This document shows positions 56,321 through 62,263 of a stretch of DNA of 62,263 nucleotides, one piece after another. The notes beneath the pieces were generated by a model, which saw only the letters and a list, made by a program, of their open reading frames with translations, had not been told where the DNA came from and did no database searches. Within the stretch, counting starts at the first letter, position 1; each line of letters opens with the position of its first letter. Location: assembly GCA_031426335.1 (NCBI GenBank), contig JANPLC010000142.1:1-62263 (forward strand). Reading direction: 5' to 3'. A program made the position numbers and the translations under genes. This DNA is from Planctomycetota bacterium. GTDB taxonomy: Bacteria > Planctomycetota > UBA11346.

Positions 56321-57003
56321 GGGCGGATCCCTTGGGCTTCGAGCCGTTTGCTCAGGCAGGTGCGCAGCTTGTCGCGCAGGCGGGACAACATCAGACGGAT
56401 GGCGTTGACGCTGCGGCCATGGCGGTCAGCAAGCGTCTCGCAGGATTCCTGCTTCCAGTAGAAACCAGCCAGCAGGTCGACATTGAAGGTGTTGAGGCGC
56501 GACATGCAGTCGCGCAGCGAAGTGCTCATCATGCGCTGACGCTCAGCGAAATGATCGTCGAGATTTTCCTTCACCGCGTGCTCGACCAGATCGAGCAGCT
56601 CCTGATCCGGTGTCGAGGTCTCGCGTCCACGCGCGCGGATCGCTTCGAGGGTCTTGAAGTGCACGATCTGACGGACCCACAGGAAGATGCCGCCCTCGTC
56701 CTTGAGGTCCTGCCACTTGTTCATCACCACCAGGTAGGCTTCCTGCACCACGTCCTCGGCCAGCGTCCACGAGCGCAGCATGGCGTAGGAGTAGCTCAGC
56801 AACGAGTCGCGGTACTGGAACGCCGCCTTGACCACGTCGTCACGTGTGCGCGGCTTGCCGTCAGCAACCGGACCCATCGGGGCCGACGCTGCCGACGCTG
56901 CCGACGCTTCCACGGAGGCGACAAGATCCTCCGGAATGGCAGCCGAGGCTGCTGGAGCGACGAAGGTGTCGGTATCGGGCGTTGCGGTCACACAGGACTC
57001 CAC
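56317..57003 (-). CDS. ECF-type RNA polymerase sigma factor (Rhodopirellula/Verrucomicrobium family)
   Basis: Region 2 is AEDVVQEAYLVVMNKW and region 4 is SVNAIRLMLSRLRDKLRTCL. The start is uncertain: either the GTG at 57003, or the ATG at 56877, which would give a typical 186-aa protein. Confidence 0.8.
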   Translation of the reverse strand: MESCVTATPDTDTFVAPAASAAIPEDLVASVEASAASAASAPMGPVADGKPRTRDDVVKAAFQYRDSLLSYSYAMLRSWTLAEDVVQEAYLVVMNKWQDLKDEGGIFLWVRQIVHFKTLEAIRARGRETSTPDQELLDLVEHAVKENLDDHFAERQRMMSTSLRDCMSRLNTFNVDLLAGFYWKQESCETLADRHGRSVNAIRLMLSRLRDKLRTCLSKRLEAQGIRP

Positions 57004-57180
57004 AGGTGGATGCCCTGCCGGGCAGGGTCATGTCGGCGAAAACCTCCGGACTGGACCGGTCGCAGGTCGCAGGCATGGCAGGCCCGCCTGCGAGGTCCAG
57101 CAGGACGCTGGTCCAAGGGCAGCACCCATTCACGCGCTGGTCCTGATCTATCGACCTAAGCAGTGATTTAACAATTAGAT

Positions 57181-57216
57181 AAAATTAAAGAACCGGAGTC
57201 CCTCCGGTGCTCCGGT
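57181..57216 (-). terminator. Rho-independent terminator downstream of the two-component operon
   Basis: The minus strand reads accggag-caccggaggga-ctccggt, followed by tctttaatttt. It starts about 27 nt after the kinase stop codon. This is the most AT-rich spot in the window. Confidence 0.5.
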
Positions 57217-57242
57217 CCTCCATGTCCATCCGGCTGTCTGTA

Positions 57243-57953
57243 CTACGCCGTTGGCCAACTCAGGGAGAAGCGGCTGCCGGTCGGCCCCGTGGCCGTCAGC
57301 GTCAGGTCACCCTGCTGACGACGCTGACAGCGCCGGGCCACCGTGGCGCCGAGTCCCAGACCACGAGTACGCCCGGTGATAAACGGTTCGAACAAGCGCT
57401 CGCGCAGGATCTCGGGCACGCCACCGCCGGTGTCTTCGACGACGATGCGGCCGTCTTCGATCACCAGCGCGACGTGGCCGCCTTCACGGCAGGCCTGCAC
57501 GGCGTTGCGGATGACGTTGAGCAAGGCCTGGCGGCTCAGGTCGGTGTCGCCCAGCGCGCGTCCGCGGCCAGCCCACGTCAACTCGACGCCAGCGCGCTCG
57601 GCGTCGCTCTGTGACAGCTCGCAGGTGGTGCGCGCCAACCACGGCAGATCGATGGGGCGCAGTTCGGGTTCGCGTTCGCGGCTGTAGTACAGCAGGTCGG
57701 TGACCAAGTGGCCGAGGCGCTCGACCTCGGCGAGGATGATGTCGACACACTCGCTGTCCGGACCGCTGACGGCTTCACGCAGCAGCTCGGCGTTGGCGCT
57801 GATGCCGGCGAGCGGATTGCGGATCTCATGCGCCACCGTCGCCGCCATGCGGCCCATCTCGGCGAGCGGACGCAGTCGCGCCAACTCCGCCTGCAACTGA
57901 TCGACACTCAACGTGTCAGTGGCACTGATCTCGCTGCGCGCAAGCGGTTCCAT
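57243..57953 (-). CDS. Sensor-less cytoplasmic histidine kinase (HisKA-HATPase only)
   Basis: H-box MAATVAHEIRNPLAGI, N-box LLNVIRNAVQA, G-boxes EDTGGGV / GLGLG. There are only about 25 aa before the DHp domain and no TM helix. Confidence 0.85.
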   Translation of the reverse strand: MEPLARSEISATDTLSVDQLQAELARLRPLAEMGRMAATVAHEIRNPLAGISANAELLREAVSGPDSECVDIILAEVERLGHLVTDLLYYSREREPELRPIDLPWLARTTCELSQSDAERAGVELTWAGRGRALGDTDLSRQALLNVIRNAVQACREGGHVALVIEDGRIVVEDTGGGVPEILRERLFEPFITGRTRGLGLGATVARRCQRRQQGDLTLTATGPTGSRFSLSWPTA

Positions 57954-59407
57954 CAGACGCTCTCGGCGACCACTTCATCGTGTTCGTGTCCGGCCGGATC
58001 CAGCTCACGCAGTTTGTTGTACAGTGTCGTGCGGTTGATGCCGAGCAGTTCGGCGGCGCGGCTCTTCTGCCCACCGGTCTCGTCCAATGCCACACGCACC
58101 AGCATCGCTTCGATACGGGCGAGGTTGCGTTCGCCCGCGGGGATTACCAAGGAGCCCTTGGGCAGTTGCGGTGCTTCGGCAGGCGCCGCTGGTGGCGCAG
58201 CCTGGGTCGGCATGGCGAAGGCCAGCGGTGTTGGCGCAGCGGTGAAGATCTGTTCGTCCATACACAGGTCGCCAGCGACAATCTCGCCGGTTTCGGCGGT
58301 GATTACCGCGCGTTCAACCGCATTGGCGAGTTCACGCACATTGCCGGGCCACGCATACGCCGACATCGCCGTGCGCGCCGACGCGCTGAACTTCAGTTCT
58401 GGCCGGCCAAGTTCAGGCGCCAGACGTTTGAGCAGGTGATCGGCGAGTGGCAGGATGTCTTCGGTACGATCGCGCAGTGCCGGCACCTGGATGGGCACCA
58501 CGCGCAAACGGAAGTAGAGGTCCTGACGGAAGCGCCCACCGGCGACCTCCTGACGCAGATCGCGGTTGGTGGCGGCGACCACGCGTACGTCCACCGCCAC
58601 GTCAACCAGCCCGCCGACCCGGCGGAAGCGCCGTTCCTGCAAGACGCGCAGGAGCTTGGTCTGCAATTGCAGCGGCATCTCGCCGACTTCGTCGAGGAAG
58701 ATCGTGCCGCCATCGGCGATCTCGAAGAGGCCGGCCTTGCCCTTGCTGTCGGCACCGGTGAAGGCGCCTTTTTCATAGCCGAACAACTCGGCTTCGAGCA
58801 GGTTCTCTGACAACGCCGCGCAGTTGATGGCGACGAACTGCTTTTCGTTGCGCGCTGAGCGCTCGTGGATGGCGCGGGCGACCAGTTCCTTGCCGACACC
58901 ACTTTCACCTTGGATCAGCACGGTGGTCGACGGCACTGCGGCGACGCGTTTGACCAGGCCCATCACGCGTTTCATCGCCACGCCGTGCGCCACCAGCGAA
59001 TGACGACCCGAAGCCTTGCCCGACAGGCGCGCGACTTGGCGTCCCAAGCGCTGTTTTTCCAGCAGCAGATTTACCGTCGTACGCAGGCGTTCGAGCTTGA
59101 AGGGTTTCTCGACAAAATCCGCGATGCCTTGTTTGAGCGCTTCGACCGCCAGATCGACGCTGCCATGGCCGGTGAGCAGCACGATCGGCAATTCCGGATC
59201 GATGCCGCGGATCTTCGCCGCCAGAGCCAAGCCGTCGCCGTCCGGCAGTTTCTGATCGAGCAGCACGAGGTCGGGATAGGCGTCGCGCACCAGCGCCAGC
59301 GCCTGTTCACCGGTCTCCGCCTCGCGCACAGTCAACCCGCTGAAGGCGCGGACGATCGCGTGGCGGATCGATGGTTCATCATCAACGACAAGGATGGTCT
59401 CGCTCAT
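57953..59407 (-). CDS. NtrC-family sigma-54-dependent response regulator (REC-AAA+-Fis HTH)
   Basis: [14 protein letters not shown]...[12 protein letters not shown], Walker A GESGVGKE, the sigma-54 contact loop GAFTGA, and the C-terminal [19 protein letters not shown]. Confidence 0.95.
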   Translation of the reverse strand: MSETILVVDDEPSIRHAIVRAFSGLTVREAETGEQALALVRDAYPDLVLLDQKLPDGDGLALAAKIRGIDPELPIVLLTGHGSVDLAVEALKQGIADFVEKPFKLERLRTTVNLLLEKQRLGRQVARLSGKASGRHSLVAHGVAMKRVMGLVKRVAAVPSTTVLIQGESGVGKELVARAIHERSARNEKQFVAINCAALSENLLEAELFGYEKGAFTGADSKGKAGLFEIADGGTIFLDEVGEMPLQLQTKLLRVLQERRFRRVGGLVDVAVDVRVVAATNRDLRQEVAGGRFRQDLYFRLRVVPIQVPALRDRTEDILPLADHLLKRLAPELGRPELKFSASARTAMSAYAWPGNVRELANAVERAVITAETGEIVAGDLCMDEQIFTAAPTPLAFAMPTQAAPPAAPAEAPQLPKGSLVIPAGERNLARIEAMLVRVALDETGGQKSRAAELLGINRTTLYNKLRELDPAGHEHDEVVAESV

Positions 59408-59449
59408 GGCTGGACTCCTGGGAGGTTTAGACTGCGACGACGCAGCCGC

Positions 59450-59821
59450 TCATCCCAGGATCTTGCTCAGCTTTTCCTTGAAGCGGTCGGGCGTGAAGGG
59501 CTTGGCGAGGTAGTTGTTGGCACCGGCCAACACCGCGTCCTTGACCTTGTCGGCGCTGCCTTCGGTGGTGACCATGATGATCGGCACCTTCTTCTCGGGA
59601 TCGAGCTTGCGGATCTCGCGCACCATGGTCAGCCCATCCATGTTGGGCATGTTCCAGTCGGACAGCACCAGGTCGATGCCGCCAGCAGCAAACTTGTCGA
59701 GGCCCTCCTTGCCATCGCTGGCTTCCACGACCGTGACATCGAAGCCACAATCTTTGAGATTTTTGATGACGATCTTGCGCATCATGGCGGAGTCGTCGAC
59801 GACCAGGACGTTCTTAGGCAT
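59450..59821 (-). CDS. Single-domain CheY-like response regulator
   Basis: VLVVDDSAMMR...VLSDWNMPNMDG...IIMVTTEG...YLAKPF. Confidence 0.9.
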   Translation of the reverse strand: MPKNVLVVDDSAMMRKIVIKNLKDCGFDVTVVEASDGKEGLDKFAAGGIDLVLSDWNMPNMDGLTMVREIRKLDPEKKVPIIMVTTEGSADKVKDAVLAGANNYLAKPFTPDRFKEKLSKILG

Positions 59822-59921
59822 GGGGAGTCTCCTCGTTCGGAAAATCAGTGTCGAGTATTACCTCAGCTTTGCGCTGGCCGCAAGATGAGGTCTTGAGGTG
59901 GTCACAAGTATGTGGCGAAGG

Positions 59922-62114
59922 TCAACGTCTGGCGACTTCCCCAGGCGGCACGAGTCCCAGGCGTTCTGGACGCGCACCTTCGCTGGCGGTCGGAAGTTCG
60001 AGTCCTTGAACCGCTTTGGGGGCCTGGAACTGCAGCCGTTGCCAGCTCCAGGCGGGATCACGCTGGCCCCGCCACCACAGCCCGGTGTCTGACGCGCTGA
60101 CGCTCAGGCCATTGATCGCCGGCAGCCGGGCACCGTCACAGCGCACGCCAGTGGTGACGCGGTGGACCGACACGTCGCGCAAGGTCGCCGACACACCGGC
60201 CCCCAGGTCCAGGCCGATGTCCGCCACCGTCGCCGGTTCAACCACCACCGCGTCCATATCCAGCTGCCCGCTGAGTGCCTGGACCACCGCTCCAGGTCCA
60301 CCGCCGACCAGGCGGGAACGCACCACCTCGGCGCGGCCATCGCGCAGGTGGATGGCCGGCTGCTGGGTGACCAAGCTGTCCTCCATCATCACCGTGCCTT
60401 GCAGATCGAGCAGCACGCCGCCGCGCAGCGTCATGGTGCGCAGCACCAGGTGCGCGCCATGCGCAGCGACCTGCCCGCTGATCGTGCAATCGCTCATCGT
60501 CGCGCGTGCGCCAGCCATGGCCTCCACGGCGATACCATCAGGATGAATGATCTCGACACCGCTGAGGGTGAAGCCCGTGAGACCCGGTTCGAGCCGCACC
60601 AGCGAGACGTCGCGCGCCACGCCGGCATCGACCACCCGTACCCCTGGGCCTACGGCGCGAATGGTCACGCCGGCATGGGCCGCGCCGAAACGCCACGGAC
60701 CTGGGTAATCGCCGGGTTCAAGCAGCACGGTGCGCTGGTCCTGGTGGCCGATGCCCGCCAGCACCACCGCAAAAGTTGCGGGCGAGACGCGTTGCCCCTG
60801 CTCGCCGAGCTGCGTCAGGCTCCAGGCGCCGACCAGTACCGCGGCCAACAGGCCAACTGATACCGCGGTGAACAACGGCAAACGGCTGCGCGCCGCTTTG
60901 GGCATGCGCACGGTCGCATGGATGAGGTTGTGATCCGTGGACTCGTTGCCGCTGGCGGAGGTGGTGCTGCCCGGCGCGGCTGGCACGGCGGTCGGTGCCG
61001 GATGAGCGGCCGAACCTGCAACCGAGCCGAGAGCTTTTTCCTGGATCTCGACCAGCGCGGATGCCAGCGTCTTCACCGCGTCGAGGACCTCGTCCCAGGT
61101 ATTCAAGCGGCGTTTGCGGCTCTTTTCCAACATCCGGCCCATCAATTTGACCATGCCATCACTGGATCCGATGGCGCGCAGCGGATCGAGGTCGGCGCTC
61201 TCGGTCACCTGTTTGTACATGATGATGGTCGAGCTCTTGCCGTGGTGCATGGTCTGCCCCAGCAAGGCGTGGTAGACCGAGGCGGCGAGGCTGTAGATGT
61301 CGGCGCGCTGATCGAGATCGATTTCGCCGGAGGCCTGCTCCGGCGGCATGTAGTGCGGCGTGCCCAGCGCCATGCCGGCGCCGGTGAGCATGCCTTTGCT
61401 GTCCTCGTCAGGCGCGTCGCCTTGGACGATGACCTTGGCCAGACCGAAGTCACAGATCTTGGCACAGAACGGTTCGGCGACCCCCGCCCGCGGTGGCGCC
61501 AACATCAGGTTCGCCGGTTTCACGTCGCGGTGCAGCACGCCGTGATTCCAGGCATAACGCAGGGCGCTGGCAATCTGCCACAGCAGGATGATCGCCTGGT
61601 CCTCGGGCAGTTTGCCGCGCTCGGTCATGCGCTGCTTGAGGCTCGGCCCCTTGATCAGCTCCATCACCAGGTAGCGCTGACCCTCGACCTCGCCGGCTGC
61701 CAGGGATTGGGTGATGTGCGGATGTTTGAGCCGCATCGAGGCGCGCGCTTCACGCTGGAAACGCCGGGCGTTCTCCTGGTTCTTCGCCAGCTTCGATGAC
61801 AGCAGCTTGACCGCGGCCTCCTGGCCGGCGGCGTTGGTGGCGCGAAAGACATCGCCCATGCCACCCGAGCCGATGCGGCCCTGCAACACGAAGCCTTCGA
61901 CTTCCAAGGCCCGGATGGAGGTCGAACTGACATATTTGCGCAGGTCACGGGCCTGGGCGTCGTTGACGTACCCCAGGTCGAGCAGCAGGAACCACAAGCT
62001 GCGTTCGACCCCGCGATCAGCGAGGGACTGCTGCTCCTTCTTGGCGCGCTCAACCTGCTCGATCGTGAGCAAACGGTTGTCGAGCGCCAACTGCACCATG
62101 CGTTGGTCTTCCAT
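59922..62114 (-). CDS. Ser/Thr protein kinase with one TM helix and a C-terminal extracytoplasmic beta-helix-like domain
   Basis: GSGGMGDVFRA, AVK, HRDVKPANL, DFG and PHYMPPE. TM helix LPLFTAVSVGLLAAVLVGAW. The C-terminal ~290 aa contain repetitive V/G/A-rich short strands typical of right-handed beta-helices. Confidence 0.85.
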   Translation of the reverse strand: MEDQRMVQLALDNRLLTIEQVERAKKEQQSLADRGVERSLWFLLLDLGYVNDAQARDLRKYVSSTSIRALEVEGFVLQGRIGSGGMGDVFRATNAAGQEAAVKLLSSKLAKNQENARRFQREARASMRLKHPHITQSLAAGEVEGQRYLVMELIKGPSLKQRMTERGKLPEDQAIILLWQIASALRYAWNHGVLHRDVKPANLMLAPPRAGVAEPFCAKICDFGLAKVIVQGDAPDEDSKGMLTGAGMALGTPHYMPPEQASGEIDLDQRADIYSLAASVYHALLGQTMHHGKSSTIIMYKQVTESADLDPLRAIGSSDGMVKLMGRMLEKSRKRRLNTWDEVLDAVKTLASALVEIQEKALGSVAGSAAHPAPTAVPAAPGSTTSASGNESTDHNLIHATVRMPKAARSRLPLFTAVSVGLLAAVLVGAWSLTQLGEQGQRVSPATFAVVLAGIGHQDQRTVLLEPGDYPGPWRFGAAHAGVTIRAVGPGVRVVDAGVARDVSLVRLEPGLTGFTLSGVEIIHPDGIAVEAMAGARATMSDCTISGQVAAHGAHLVLRTMTLRGGVLLDLQGTVMMEDSLVTQQPAIHLRDGRAEVVRSRLVGGGPGAVVQALSGQLDMDAVVVEPATVADIGLDLGAGVSATLRDVSVHRVTTGVRCDGARLPAINGLSVSASDTGLWWRGQRDPAWSWQRLQFQAPKAVQGLELPTASEGARPERLGLVPPGEVARR

Positions 62115-62191
62115 GACTGATCAGTCTACCACCGAACTTCTTGGTTCGGCAACTCTTTACCGGTTTTGGAGGCACCTCGTGGGTCTGTTCG

Positions 62192-62263
62192 GGCTACAAA
62201 CCACAGGCTACACGCTACGGGTCCTGAACCAGACGTCGCAGCACGATCCTGTGGTCTGTAGCC
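62192..62263. repeat. Intergenic word-repeat hairpin element (CTACANG type), possibly cut by the window end
   Basis: The left end ggctacaaaccacaggctacacgctacgg and the right end cctgtggtctgtagcc match in 15 of 16 outer bases as reverse complements. Confidence 0.55.

Noticed and set aside
54536-56461. A very long (641 aa) plus-strand ORF. Similar long antisense ORFs occur at 750-1766, 8962-10422, 14422-15789, 19521-21185, 22459-23982, 25071-26156, 43695-44552 and 48869-49969.
   Set aside because: Each lies antisense to a gene with clear family motifs (anti-sigma/PA14, mtnA, carA, DUF1501, kinases, ThuA). Their translations are Arg/Gly/His/Asp-rich low-information sequence of the kind expected from stop-poor off-frames in roughly 65% GC DNA.
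59865-59880. A possible sigma-54 promoter on the minus strand upstream of the cheY-ntrC-HK operon (CGGCCAGCGCAAAGCT).
   Set aside because: Only the GG/GC spacing fits. Both half-sites are poor (GGCCAG vs TGGCAC, AAGCT vs TTGCW), so this is compatible with chance in GC-rich DNA.

Overview
A 62.3 kb, high-GC (about 65%) chromosomal segment, most likely from a PVC-superphylum bacterium (Verrucomicrobiota/Opitutae-like). That placement is an inference from three PSCyt-DUF1549-DUF1553 / DUF1501 gene pairs and a Rhodopirellula/Verrucomicrobium-type ECF sigma factor. I support about 42 protein-coding genes, roughly 88% of them on the minus strand. I found no rRNA, tRNA, CRISPR array, transposase or integrase. 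The content is dominated by signal transduction and by secreted or membrane proteins of unknown function: five histidine kinases, two Ser/Thr kinases, an NtrC-type activator, a CheY, and an ECF sigma/anti-sigma pair. Housekeeping genes are few (mtnA, carA, an ABC exporter). The most interesting observations are: (1) a histidine kinase whose N-terminal membrane domain is an ETR1-type ethylene-binding domain with all seven ethylene/Cu-binding residues conserved, translationally coupled to a triple-receiver hybrid kinase; (2) a family of about 110-135 bp intergenic hairpin elements whose arms are tandem 7-8 nt words, with three near-identical CCGCAGAG-type copies plus copies that keep the architecture but use different words; (3) a good sigma-54-type -24/-12 motif followed about 60 nt later by a strong intrinsic terminator in a gene-free gap, which is a candidate small RNA; (4) a five-gene operon of secreted/membrane unknowns ending in a truncated sulfatase next to paired inverted hairpins; (5) three diversified DUF1553/DUF1501 modules with different inserted lectin-like domains and accessory genes; (6) gene remnants, namely an Fmt/ParA chimera at the window edge and a frameshifted C-terminal fragment. 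CDS coordinates follow the ORF track with start codons re-evaluated. Small-feature coordinates were counted by hand and may be off by 1-2 nt.
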